64,000 nt of DNA from Catajapyx aquilonaris. Taxonomy: Eukaryota. Location of the stretch: positions 1-64,000 of the forward strand of contig JYFJ02000533.1 in NCBI GenBank assembly GCA_000934665.2, read 5' to 3'. Of the stretch, positions 28,386-42,000 are shown piece after piece. The notes below the pieces were generated by a model. The model worked only from the letters and a program-made list of their open reading frames with translations, made no database searches and had not been told where the DNA came from. The position numbers and the translations under genes were made by a program. How positions within the stretch are numbered: position 1 is the first letter of the stretch; each line of letters begins with the position of its first letter.

Positions 28386-30820
28386 TGACTGATTGCACGG
28401 TCCAAGGAATGCGTCTTTTTTTGGTTTCTGTTTTTCTCAACAGTGGGCAACCTGTTTCATAACACTCTGTTTCTTGTACTAACTATGAATGATGGGTGAG
28501 TTTCCTTTGTACTTTATTCTCCGGATTCTGTCTTCTGTGTTAGTTTTAAGTCTTCTTCATCATTATTTTGTGGTGTTTGTTGTTGTTGTTGATTTAGCAT
28601 TGTGTCAGTGAGTTATTGGTTTATTTCGCCCGACAGTACATCGCCGGACGTCGTATTCTGCCGGAAATAACGACATTTAGGTGCCGAAACTTGGATCTTC
28701 ATCAACAGTATTGTACTGTACATACATAGTATTGCTTCAGAAGGACGTAAATGTAGTTGACATCTACAGTAATATGATTATACAAAAGCTTACAATATAA
28801 AGTGATCATAGCTTGCTATGCTATCATATTGCCAGGGCTAATTATATATTTGTAAAAAATATAGAAGGCTATTACTGACTGATCGAATCCATTGCATTAA
28901 ACGTAATTAGGCCCTTAATTAATTAATGGGTGCTTGAGCAGTTTGTGCAATTTGTTACTAATTGGTAGGTGAAACAGATTTTTATGGTACCCAGTTCTGA
29001 TGCTTTTTAAATAGAATCAGCGTGTGAATGAACTGCTCTATATTTTTTAAACAAGAGTTTTCAACTGGCATGCAATATATTGCAGTGTTACTACAAAAGG
29101 GCGAATTATTGAAAACAAACTGGGAATCTCATTCTTTAAGATAATGTTTTGAAACTAGGATAAAATTACTCTTAACTTAATCAATTAGATAAGTGCAAAA
29201 TATTGACCTCCTACATGTTTCAAACTATTCATTCCTTCTTTCTTTATTCAGCATGGACTTTCATTTACACGAAATCTTAAATTCTTTGGCTACCATTATG
29301 TGAACTTGTGGTCAGCTAGGTGTCACTTGTTAATTTGCCTGTTATTTATCAAAATGTTTTGTAAATAAACATTGGTTCATTGTCTCCCTAACATTTCGTG
29401 GTCATTTCCAAAAGCTATTGGATGTCTCTCTCTTCCTTCTGCTTGTTCTTGCACGAGAAATGGAAAAAGTGTCATTATAACAAAAACGAGGTTCTTCACC
29501 TCATTTTTTTCCCCTGGAAGCATTTGGTGGTGCATTTTAAATTTCAGGAACCCTGAGGTGTCTTACAGTGTACTAATGCAAATCGTGACATTTTTAATGA
29601 TGCTGAATTTCTTACAGCGAGCCCCGCAGACCAGTGCAACATCATGGAATCATTTTTGAAGAAATTGTGCCTTCGGTACTTGTCTACGAAGACTACTTTG
29701 TCACTTACCATTGATGATAGCACCATGCTAATGTTGTACGACGTCAGTGCCAATCACTCAATAAGCGCCTCAAGTGTATATGTTCCTATATTGGGCAACA
29801 TTGCAATGTTGCAAGATCAAATATTATCTCAGCCATTGTGCTTTACAAAGAAAAGGCAAAGAAACATTGTGTGCAATACAACAATAAGGCAACTGGAGAA
29901 AACATTGATTATTATTATTGATTAAGAAATTCAACTAGATAAGTAATACTGCTGAAAGAATATTGGTCGAAGGATTTCTGTAGGAATATTAAATGCCTGT
30001 AACAAAACTACAACTAGGCCTGTTATATCCCGTTAAAAACTTTGCATTAAATAAGTGAGTTACTGAAAGTGAAAAATATGAACTTATATGAGACTCATTC
30101 ACACAGATTAAAACTATTGGCCACTTTTGAAATTTGATTATTCTAGGTACAAAATATCAAAATGTTAGTCTTAAATCTGGCTAAAAGTGGATTAAACTAA
30201 ATCAATATTTGCAAAAATGTGATTTTATACTTTGTTTATAATATTAAGTTGACATATTTTCGATTTGTGCAAGGCAAGGGTGTTTCTCCAATCAACAGTT
30301 TTATAACCTGCAACATTTCTCTCATCAAATACTGTAATTCAAGTTAAGTAATTTTACCCTCAAGTGTTCAATTTACTGTACCACATTATTATCCATTTTA
30401 TGTAACACAATTGACATGGAAAACGTAACCCAGCCTACATGTGAAAGTTTACCTTTGGTAATAATTGCCTTCTAGTCAAAGGTACTTAACAGGCTGAGAA
30501 TTTTACAAAAATCACATGTTTATTTGAATCAGAATAAGGCCCAATGAAAGTTGCTATGTACATTTTTATGTAACATCCAATGGTTTTGATGTCCACAGGT
30601 ACTGTACATTTTAATAGTGATATTCCAACTGTGAAAGTAATAAAAAGTCAGCTACACTTGCCACTGTCATAATTTTATGAAAATTGTTTTGTTCATCTGC
30701 AAAAATTGGTAAGTAAAAATAAAGCAATCCATCTCTTTATCAGTACGTATTTTCCTCACAGCTCGACATAAGGGAAACTGACTAGTCCATTTCAGTTCCA
30801 GATGTGGCACAGTGGGTTAA

Positions 30821-31993
30821 TTACTTGGATGCCCAAATAATTGCAATCAGCATGCATGCAGTCATAAATAATGAGTTAGAATTCAACATTTTAGAGCCAT
30901 TACACAAGTCTCCTTGGCAGAAGCACATGAAAACTTTTTTCGATCCACGCAGTACATTTCCACATCTCTCCTCTTTATCAGGCGGAGAAGAGTTGAGGCA
31001 CGATCTCTCGGTGGCCACTCCATGATCTAATAATAAAATATGTAAAATATTAAACTCTTGAACATTCACATTCACTTGACATTAATTAGTCTAATGCAAG
31101 TGTGGATTTTTTTGAAATCCTTATAAAGGTGTTCAAAAATTATGGTTCATATTCAGTGGTCAATACCTTCATCATCAACCTGCTGGCTGGATTCTATGAC
31201 TTTAGAGCACCATGTGGATGCGCAAGGAGCAGCCTCCACACCTCCCTTGTGAGTTGCCGGATTCTCCAACATTGTTGCATTGTACAAGAATGGGTCCTGG
31301 CAATCCCCTTTCGGTCCACGTGATCTGCATACAAAGCATCTTCGCACCAAACCTACGATAAGAGAAAATGTAGAGAAAATATTCATGCATTTTATACAGA
31401 CCTAATTTCAAAAGTGTGTCAGTACAGTGCAATATGTCTCACTTTTGCTAATAATGGTTATCAATTAGTACGGTACTCATAGTGCATGTACAGTACAGTG
31501 CAATAGTTACATGCACTATCGCCAGAGCGCGACTAGTTGGCAATAACGGCGCCATCTCTGAACCATTCACTTCAGCTACAAATAATGAGGTCACTTAAGA
31601 ATCCTGAGAATGCAATAGGTTACAAAAAGCAGGTCACAGACGCTTCACCGGATACCTGCTTTTTTAAAGGTCAAGTGTCATACTCTTTGCAACAAGGCAG
31701 ATAGCATATAAATTTACCATGAAAAATGCATTTATAGGACACACATTCGCATATCTGACACCTGTCACAAACCATAGGCGAATAAGGCAATATTCTTGCA
31801 CCACATTTAAAAAAATGCGAAACTTCCCATACTAAAAAAGAAAGTCCCGTTTCCTGTGCCCGTTACCGGACCGTAAATCGCCATAAGGATCCGCCGATTT
31901 GCACACCAATTTTCGTTCAAAAAACAACTGACCTTCTCCACCATGAATCATAGCCGCCATCAACAGCAACACACAGGACACTCTCCACAACAT
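30821..31993 (-). CDS. crim: Ly6/uPAR three-finger GPI-anchored protein, crimpled-like (~150 aa)
   Basis: Exons 31993-31933 (signal peptide MLWRVSCVLLLMAAMIHGGE), 31352-31167 (GLVRRCFVCRSRGPKGDCQDPF...PCASTWCSKVIE) and 31026-30821 (ERSC...KKVFMCFCQGDLCN plus hydrophobic GPI tail). The Ly6 family call is firm; orthology to Drosophila crimpled rests on recalled motif similarity. Confidence 0.85.
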
Positions 31994-32450
31994 GACTGAG
32001 AGACTCAAACGCTCGGATGTCAAACGAACACTACCGGACCTCCAATGTTGGACCTGGGGGACTGGTTGTAGTTCTTGGGACTCCTCAAGAAGCAAGCAAG
32101 AAAAGGACTGGAGGAGAAAGTGCTGCTCCAACCAGAGTGGAAAGAATGTGCCACGGAACCAACGCCTTTCAAGGTTACTGATCCTTATTTTGCGCACTTT
32201 GTTCGGAGTTGTTGTTGTGGGCCTGGTTTTTTTGCACCGGAATTTTCTGAGCTGGGTCAAGGAAACTGTGAGGTCTGTTATTTGTGTTGTTGGTGGGTTT
32301 TTATGAGTACAATCACCCCACCCCGAAGTGCATATACCTGAGCCGGAATTTTGTGAGATAAAGGGCCAATTACAATGATCTGCATTGTGTCTGACTTGCA
32401 CATTCGTACTGCACTTGCAAAAAAAATATATTCACGGGGCAGAGTAGCGC

Positions 32451-32516
<66 letters not shown>
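32451..32516. repeat. (TAT)22 microsatellite
   Basis: Perfect trinucleotide run of 66 nt. Confidence 0.97.
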
Positions 32517-32517
<1 letters not shown>

Positions 32518-33559
32518 CACGTGTGATTGTCATTAACTCAAAACCGCTATTTAAACCTATCACGTGTATTCCGAAGATAATTATGTTCAGTGAATTCTTT
32601 ATTAGGAAGGCGTGGTTTGAATAACACTAAACAAATTCAGTAATAATTACTATAGTCTCTTTTTGTTATTTGATTTTGTGGTTATTCAGCTTGTTCTTAC
32701 TGTTTAATTTGTAAGATTTTTTTTCAGCAACGTGCTGTTTCTTTATACACTTTCAAGTTGATGCAATAACTTCATAAGAGCTCAGCAGAGCAAGATATGA
32801 GTTGAACATGAACAAGGCAACGGAACTTTCACCTTTAAATGTTTAAAATTCTTGTGCAATAATTTTTGTACAATTATTGCAAAAAATGTATGGAGTCATA
32901 TCATAAATAGTAATTATTACATTGTGCCATTTCTTCATTCTAGGTCTTCACCTTAATTAGCGAAGCAGTAAATGAAGCAGAGTAATAGGTTTTCATGACA
33001 AGATTTGTGTAAATATTTATAGTTGCATAGAGATATGTTCACCATAGTGCACCATTCGTATAGTAGGCCTACTCGGACCATTCTGATCAGACGTTGGCCA
33101 CTCGTGTAATTTCACACATAAGCCTAATCTGGCTCAAATACCCTCTTGCGCAAAATGATTGCGTGCACTCCCTAGTTATCGTAACCGTGAGTACATTAAA
33201 GTGGGCAACCCCTGCTCTGTCCTTAGCGGACATGGGGATAGCGTCCTTCATCCTAACCGGTACTTTCTGCCCGTTTCTCTCCCGTCTCTCTAGTCCCGTA
33301 GAACGGTTTCACCTTCTCATAGGATAGAGAGATGCTTCCTTCCTTGAGCATCATTTTTCCTGGGTTATATGTCCTACAGAGAAAAGTCGACGAAAGCTAT
33401 ATGCCTTCACTTCCTTCCCCTCAATATATGGGACTATTTCTGATTTGCATGTGATAAGTCACATGTGGAGAGCTCGAGCAAGAACGACAGCACTAGTTTC
33501 GTACTTAGCTGACCCCCTTTTTTACGAGGAAACTGCAAAACTGCTGCAAAAGTTACGCA

Positions 33560-34310
33560 ACATTCCCATTATTTCAAAATGTGCGCCAGACACGAACCAG
33601 CCGTTCCCTCTCCACAACATTCCTCTCGTCTAACAAACGGAACGAATCGGACCGAAATCAATAACATCAAAATATCGATGCTTCCAATCAGCTTATTCCC
33701 CTGCCGAACCTGCACATATTTGGGCTGTATAACGAGCGCAAATCCATGCCCTTCAATCCATTGCATGTTCAACTGATTTTGATAAGCAGCCGCTTCCATA
33801 ATTCGATCAATCTGGCAACGGGAAGGGCGTCCGCCGACACTGTGCTCCGGTTGGACTAAACAGCGATATGGCAACAGCAGCTACATGTATCCGCTATCAT
33901 TGTAGTTTAACTAGTGCAATTACACTTTAAGTACAGATACGGTACTGATTAATATGCATGTACTTATTATTGTAGGCGGTACTGTTTAACTTCCGGATAT
34001 CACTGCAAGAGCCGTGTAACTGCTGATAACAGCTATTGCAAATGTAGCAGCTGCTAGATGTAACCGCGATGCGATTCCTGTCCTCCCACTTTTTTTATCC
34101 TGTATCGGGCAGACGGGGCGTCGAACATTCCACTCTCGGTCATTCCTTTTTTTTCGGAACTTCACACACAAAATTTCCAAGTCTGACTATCACCCCCCGG
34201 CCTTTTGCTCAGGACTTAATCTGCTTTCGACACTGCCAAATTTTACAGGTCGTCGGCGCCCTCCTCCCCACACAAAAACCAGCGACGGATTCCGCCCCGG
34301 CGTGTGAGTA
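33560..34310. promoter_or_regulatory. Probable CpG-rich divergent promoter / first non-coding exon region for the crim-like gene (-) and coronin-7 (+)
   Basis: Locally CpG-dense and lying between head-to-head genes. A donor-like GTGAGT near 34304 could pair with the acceptor at 35990 upstream of the coronin ATG; crim has an upstream acceptor near 32274. Inference only. Confidence 0.4.
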
Positions 34311-34794
34311 TATATATACAGACGCTGAGTTTCAAAGTGAATCATTCGATGGATTGAATCATTTTGTTTACATGGAATGTGGGGGGGTTTTAATTGATGG
34401 AATTGGGATTGCTGCAGTTTGGGTACTAATTACACGGGGATATATTGTACGTCAGATTCTCTAGACAAAAATATCCCGCAGATTCATCAATATTTACTGA
34501 CAGCATCCTTGGGGCATACCATAGTTGCATCTAATGAACCCTGCTGCACTATTTGAGGTTAAAAGCACCAGTCCTGAGAATAAGATGAAAAACCCTGCTT
34601 CGTATTTCATTGCCCAAGTTGCACCATTAGAGAGGGGTTGGGGAAGAAGTTAACCCATTTCTCACCCAACTCATTTCTACTAGAAGTGTTGACCTTGAAA
34701 AAACAAACAACTGTATATTGACTAGCAGAGAGTACAGTGCAACCAAAGCAACACTGTTGTTGGTGGGAACCTTACCATATGGGGAGAAAGATCT

Positions 34795-35210
34795 GGGTGA
34801 TTCCGGTAACTGTGGCGAAAATCAGAGGGTGGGTAGAGGCCCCGTAGGCAATTATTTGGAGCTTCAGAACCCATGTCCGGACATGTCCCCGTGGGGGGTA
34901 CGGCCGTTTCCACCTTTAGTATGTTGCGCCTGGTGAGTAGGCAACCCATCGTACTCGAAGGTTGCGTTCATCAGGTTTTGTACTTGACACTCGCAATAAT
35001 TGTTTTCACCTTTGTCTCCTCCACGCGCGACACACCTGATGAACGCAAGTTTCGAGTACAGTGGGTTGCCTGCCCACCAAGCACAACAGACCAAAGGTGG
35101 AAACGGCCATACCCCTCCCACCAGACATGGGTACCGAAGCTCAAAATACTTGCTTATGGGGCCTCTACCCACCCTGTGATTTTTGCCAAAGTTAACGGAA
35201 TCACCCTGTA
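34795..35210. mobile_element. Foldback/hairpin MITE (~415 bp) with ~180-bp inverted arms
   Basis: 34795-34976 is the reverse complement of 35034-35206 (11 mismatches in the outer 86 nt) around a 57-nt loop. The right end reads CACCCTG-TA, a CAGGGTG-type Tc1/mariner terminus with TA; the left end is decayed. Confidence 0.85.
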
Positions 35211-36028
35211 TAGGTTTGCATGACTAGCAATGTGACAGGGAAATTCATCCCAGTGTTGGCCCTTTAATTAGTCCAAAATAGTCTACCAATGCTGTGACTT
35301 GTTAATGTGCCATTTCACCACCATAGGCCATCACTCCCTGAAGTGCTTACATTTCTATTTGGCCTTATTATTATTTTAATGGTTATTATGTGGCTAGTTC
35401 TGTGAGTGTTCTTGGGCACCTAAGTGCTGAGCCTGAATGGGCTTCATGCAATCCAGTGCAGCCAGTCGGAGTTGGCATCGTGCCAATTGGACATGCACCC
35501 TGACAGATGGTGGATTTGACACGGTTTTCGCTTTTTGTAAAATCATTCCCCAGTGATAATGTGTGCATTTTTACATAATCAGGAAAACAGACATGTCATC
35601 AAGTCATCCCACCAAAATATGCACAAATTGTTGCAGTATTTGCACAAATAAGATTCTGACAACAGAGGCATTAATGAAACAAAAAGATCACCGGTGAATG
35701 TGCTCCTGGTTGTTACTATCAAGTGGTTGCCATGAAATAAAATAAAGTCAGTTTAAAAAAAGACGATCCCTTTAAAGGCCACCCAACATCTTGAACCAGT
35801 GACATGGGTAGTGTGAACCACCCTGAACGCAGTGTTTAGTTGATCTGAGGGAAACATAAGTTTCATGCCTAGATCCAGCGATTCATTGACATTTACAGAG
35901 AGAACTTGAGGTCATTTTAGTTTTTGAAAAGGAGTTTGGTTGTTTTCTACTGCCATGGCTTGGATGTTGATTTTGTATCGTCTTTTGCAGTGTATGCTAA
36001 ATCTGCCCTGCTGATAAAAAACTAAACA

Positions 36029-39000
36029 ATGGCTTGGAGGTTTAAGGCATCCAAGTATAAGAATGCGGCCCCAAAGGCGCCCAAGTCAGAAGGATGGATA
36101 CGTGACCTGACAATTGGATCATTCAACACCCATGGGAACATGATCAAGTCATCTGCTGCATTTATTGCGTTTTATAATGATCTCAGTGGTAAGCTTCATC
36201 TTATCTCAGTGCGTGAGGAGGAGAGGATTATGTTGTGTTGAACATTCACGAATCAGATAGCTTCTTTTTGAATGTCATTACCTCATATTCTTATACCTTT
36301 AAGTTAAAAGGGGGCATCACAAAATTATTATGCTATATGTGTAGATAACTAGGAACATTGATAAAAGCGTATGATAAGAAATGTTTTAAAGAGATTGCAT
36401 GAAGGACAATTTTTATGACCTTGCAGTTTTACAACTGGCTGTAGATTGCGATAAATTTTTAACATGGAAATTGCATTATCAAGAGGGGAATAAAAAGTTA
36501 CAGTGAGTTCCTTTGGCAAGATTTATTTTAATTGCATAATTATAATGTTGAGCATATCTGGGAAAATTGGTGTCGTGAAAAATATCTGATTTCAATATGT
36601 TGTCTGTATTGAATTTAGTTCCAGATTTCAATTATCCATGTGCTTGTTTGCAGATGCATTTGAATTGCATAAGAGTTTAAATAATGATTCATGAGATTGT
36701 TATGATCATTATCATAGTTGCTCTGTAAGAACACTATAAACATTGGTAGTTGCCAATTACGAGGCTCATGAGTGGTTTTTGGCCCCCAACACACTGATTG
36801 GGCAAGGCCTAGTTTATAGTCTCGCAAAGTTACCTGTATTAGAGAGTAGATAAGGTAATCTTATAATGTGGTAGGTCCAGTTCTGCATCCTGGAGATAAG
36901 ATATAGTCAGAACCCAGATGTGAGCTCAGTATATGCTATTTATTATTGAGAGGGAATACTAACCTGTTGCTGCAGTGAATTATTATCAGGTTCTGAATAT
37001 GTTATCAGATATTATGTGAAATTCAACAAGACAATGCATCCATGATAGAGGGTGACAATGAGAGATTATCCCCAATTATCCCAAAGATGTTACAGTAGCA
37101 CTACCCATGTGAACCCATCCCAGAATAAATGGTTCTGATTGCATTTTAAACTGCTTGAAATTGGCTAAGATGTAGGAGAAAATTGTTTAAAATATTTTTA
37201 AGGCAGTAAATGTGAAATGCACATTATTTTCAGGTGCCAATCTGGGAATTCTTCCGATTGATGACACCGGCCGCAAATCCAAGGCAATGCCCACTCTCCA
37301 AGCTCATCGTGACTTGGTTACTGATTTTGACTTCTCACCATTTGATGATGGTATTCTTGCTACAGCTGGAGAAGATTCAACCGTCAGTAGTTTATGTCAA
37401 ATTGATCCTCTGTGTTACCCAGCAAAATACACTTCTGACGATGTTTCTTTCCAGGTGAAAATATGGCACATTCCTGAGAGTGGATTAACTGCTAATACCA
37501 GTGCAGAGCGCAACTTGCCTTCACCACACAAGCGCATTGAGGTGGTGCAGTTCCACCCGACAGCAGATTTCCTTCTCACAACAGGGGCCTCAACTTCCCT
37601 TTCCATTTGGGATGTCCTGTATGGGAAGGAACATTATAACAGTACGTAACAGTGCTTATTTATTTTATGAGCCACAAAATTTTGCAGTTTGAAGCTTGTA
37701 AAATATACTGATGTATTATCTTGTCATTAATATGTGTGTAAAGTAATGAAATTCCTATTAGTTTTAAAAATAATGCATCACATCCTAGTTGATTTGTACT
37801 GTAGCATTTGAATTATTTTTGGTACTGATGTGTTATCTTGAAACATTCCTAAAACTAATTAAGTAGGCTATTATGAAATCAGACTCTTAATTAAGTGGAC
37901 TTGTCAATTTTGTCACTATAAACAAGGTAATGGAATGGTTCGTTGACATGCTCATTTTTTAAGTCAAGCTTTTTTAATTTTCAACATTTACCGAAGTCTT
38001 TTGGTTAGCCTGCATTTTCACTTGCAGTCTTGAAGTGTAATTATTTATGTATGCTTTGCAGACAAATGTGATCATGAAGACACAGTCCAGTCTGTGAGTT
38101 GGAAGCGGGATGGTACTGTGGTGGCTACGTCTTGCCGGGACAAGATGGTGCGAGTGTTTGACCCCCGAGAGAAAGGTCAGACACATGAGGCGAAGAGCCA
38201 CCCAAATCCAAAGGACTCCAAAGTGGTCTGGCTAGGGGATTCAAATCGAGTTCTAACCAGTGGATTTGATTCTGTAAGTTTTTGGATATCAGTTTATCAG
38301 TTTCTGTGCCTTGGTACTGGAATTTGTTGTCTATGTTCTTCCTTTCAATTCAGAGTCGCCAACGTCAAGTTAACATCAGGGACTTGAGGAATTTTGGCAC
38401 ACCTGAAAAGTCGCTTTCTTTCGATAGTGCAGTTGGGTAAGCATTTACATGACCCATGCTTGACAGGTTGACAGTGTCATTCGTTCTTTTTTAGGATCTT
38501 AATCCCACTGTTTGACCCTGACACCAACATGCTGTTCTTGGCTGGGAAGGCGGACACTTCCATCTTCTACATGGAAGCAATGGACAGAGAGCCCTTCCTG
38601 GTTGAGGGCATCAAGTACACTGGGGAGCAAACCAAGGGTGCCTGCCTGGTGCCTAAGAGAGCCCTGAATGTCATGGAGTGTGAAGTCAACCGTGTTCTGC
38701 AGCTGACCTCAACAGCCATTGTGCCCGTCTCGTACCTTGTGCCCAGAAAGGTAGGCAGGAGTCTTCTTCAATACTTTTGTCAGTTGAAGCAGTGATGCAG
38801 GGAATGAGATTACCCTGACCAATGCCACATTATTATTTTTTGATGCTTGGGATATTTTATCCAACTCAAGTAACTGTATGATTTACCAACTTTTTGACAT
38901 ATTCAGCCACCCATGCTGAAATACTGCAGTGTCACCTTTCAAGTACTTATTACTGAAAAGAGCCTATTAACTCTTTTAACCTTCCACCCCACCTTCCAGT

Positions 39001-42000
39001 CTTACAGAGATTTCCATGGGGACCTCTTTCCTGAGACGTTTGGTGTCCACACCCATCTGTCGGCTTGCCAGTGGGCAGAGGGCACTGACATGGCTGTCCC
39101 TAAGGTGAACCTGGATCCATCTTCTAGATCAGGGAATGACAAGAAGAGCCTTGTATGGGTGAGCTCTGGAGGGCTAGATCAGATCAGGAAGGCTAGGGAA
39201 GAAGGAAGCATTAATGGTGGAGGGGGTGGTGGAGGAGGAACTGGACAGAGGCCAGAGCCAAGGCCCAGGAGGAGGTCATCGACTTCATCTTCAGAAAATG
39301 CAGATGACCCCCCTTCTGTACCTCAACAGCAGCCGCAACCACCACAGATTCCACAGCAGATGCCTGTGCCTAAGCCAAGGATCACCTCAAAGGTGCCTCC
39401 CATCAGTCAAAAAGTAGTTAATGACCTACTATCTCTGAGCATGCTTATTTTTATATTTTTAGATTTAGATGTATAGTTGAGTTAAATTTTTATGTAACAT
39501 TATTGGAAATCACATCAATTAAAAATTATCAAGTGTCATCATGGCAAATTAATCTCACGGAAATCTTTAAAACTGTAGGAGAAATGCATCCATGAGACTG
39601 AAAACATCACAGTTGTAGATATGTCTTTTTTTTTCACTTGCATGGACTGGATTTTTAGAACGAGAGTAATTTTTATAGAAAGTCATGTCTGTCGCATATT
39701 TTAAGTGCAATTGATACCCCGGAATCTAAAATATTATGCTTTGTTCAGCCTCAGAATATAATGGCCCCCAGGCCATACATTCCTCCAAGAGCCAGTGGTA
39801 ACCAGGTGAGGTCTGTGACCATAGGACGGTCAGTGTCAGATGGTGCCAACACCATTACGGCTACCCCTACCACTGCAGCCACCACTGCAGCCACCACCGC
39901 AGCCAGTGTGATTGTTCCATCAGTGGAAGTGAATGGAACAAAAGGTAGTGGTCAGGTTGATGGAGGTCACAGAGAGAGGGAGGAGACAGACTCAGATGAC
40001 AGTTCAGGTGGCCACAAACAGAAGAAGTGGGGAGGAGGTCAGATGGCACAGAAGCCTCAGGCAGCCGATGAAGATGTTGCCAATGCCCGGCGCAAAACAT
40101 ATGAGAGGCGTATTCATTCAGTGCAGGAGACAAGTGAGGTCAACGATGATGAAGATGCCTCCAATGAGGATATGCCGCTCAGGTTGGTTATTGATAAAGC
40201 ACCATGATGCTTCAATTATCATATTGACTGTACATATGTGATAGTGTCCAAAATGTATTATTTTCAATTTTGCTATGCACACATTGAAAACGTGGTGAGT
40301 TGTCAGATATGAGTGTTTTTCCTTTATTAATGCATGGATATGTATTGTATGTAATGTATTTGCATGCTACCTGGACAAATTCTTCATACCTAAAATACCT
40401 ACTTTGAAAATACTTTTTGTAGTGGACAAGTCAATTAAACATTTGTAGTGATGAAAAAATATTTCAATAAGTATTTGCCAAGGTTCTCATTAGTCATTTT
40501 CATGGATTACCATCATTTGTTGGATCACTAATATTTAATCTGCCTGCTCAGGCCATGAGGAATCATTTGCATTTAGTCTTTACTTGCCCCGGTGCCTTTC
40601 ATTTTAGGAAGGTTCTCTTGTGGCATATGAGGAGCTACTCAAAAGTTTGCGGAATGATTTTTTTCTAAATAATTAGCTTACCGCACACCTTATTTTCCTC
40701 CATCACCTTCGAATCTCAGCACCATCTGTGATTCTTCGTGGATCTGGTTTATGGAGTCGTCTTCTTCCTTTCAGCTTCATTTTCATTTTCAGGAAGAGGA
40801 AGACGTTGCAGGGAGCTAAAACTGGCAATAAAGGCGGCTGAGGGACAATCGTCAAGTTGTGGGACGCCAAAAACTGCTGCATGGCAAACGCAATGTGAGC
40901 CAGCACATTGTTGTCATGATGTTCTCGCGCCACTTCGTGAGATGTTTCCTTCGAATATCCTCTCTCAGCCGCCGTTTTGGCCAGATTTAGCTCCCTACGA
41001 CTTCTTCCTCTTCCAGAAAATGAAAATTAAGCTGAAAGAAAGAAGATTTGAGAATAATTTCATGCAATTTTTATGGGGTTGTGCTCTTAAAAGGATGTCC
41101 AGAATGATCGTTATCTTCAATTTAGATGCGGCCATCTTTGAACCGATTATATCATTTGTATGTCCCTAAATCATTGTCATTGAATGCATCTTGTAGCATC
41201 TTGTGAGTTTGCAGCACTTTCGCCAAGTTTGAAACAAAATTTATGCCGTTCTTTCAGATCAGTCATTTTCACCTCCGATTGAATCGCAGGAAGCACCAAA
41301 CACGACACTACAAAACTACCCACATAAACTGATCCATTCAGCATCAGAGGCTGCCACTTGGCAGAGTAGTTCATAAAGGTCACCTGCAGCACTACCTAGA
41401 GTGGTAGCGACAATCTGTATGCGGTTCAAAAGAATTGGTGTCATTTCATGAACTTTTGGCTAGCAGCTCGAATTGTAATCATACTTTCAAAATTAGTAGA
41501 TTTCTCAACCCAGGGATGTGTGGATGTTTCTGATGATCTGATAAGCTTGGGATTAAAAATAACCTGCATTGTAAAACTGAGACCTGTTGTTTGTCCTTAA
41601 GTGTGCCATTGTAAAATGTTGGGAATCACTGTTACAAATGATTTCATTACATCAAGATCTTTGCAGGATGTTTGGTCAACCACACGTGTATCTTTAACAT
41701 GACGTTATCATTTGTAGGCGAACCCCTAGCATAGCAGAAAGGCGCAAGATGTACGAAAATCGATCTGCATCTGTTCCTGAGCCCCAAAAGTCCCCTCAGA
41801 TGTCTAGAAGGTCACAAATGTCAGCAGTGGACATGGCAGAGGCAAAGGAGGACTCTGGAATGCCTGCTCCAGCTCCAAGAAGATCATCCTTTTCACGAAC
41901 TGAGACCAATAGAAGCGGTGGGTGGGGTCAAGATGGAGTGAAGAAAGGGCAAGAGGCTGCTGTCCCACCACCTTTGTCCCCTGCCCCTGTTCCCAAGAGG

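Noticed and set aside
31479..31665. Two short 11-12 bp inverted repeats in Ly6 intron 1, one resembling part of Gateway attB1
   Set aside because: Too short to distinguish from chance, with no vector context.
31992..32401. ORFs 31992-32306(+), 32075-32341(+) and the long upstream extension of 31832-32401(-)
   Set aside because: They overlap the probable 5' UTR exon of the Ly6 gene and show no recognisable domain; only the signal-peptide part from ATG 31993 fits a gene model.
32278..32520. Poly-Asn ORF
   Set aside because: Translation of the (TAT)n microsatellite.
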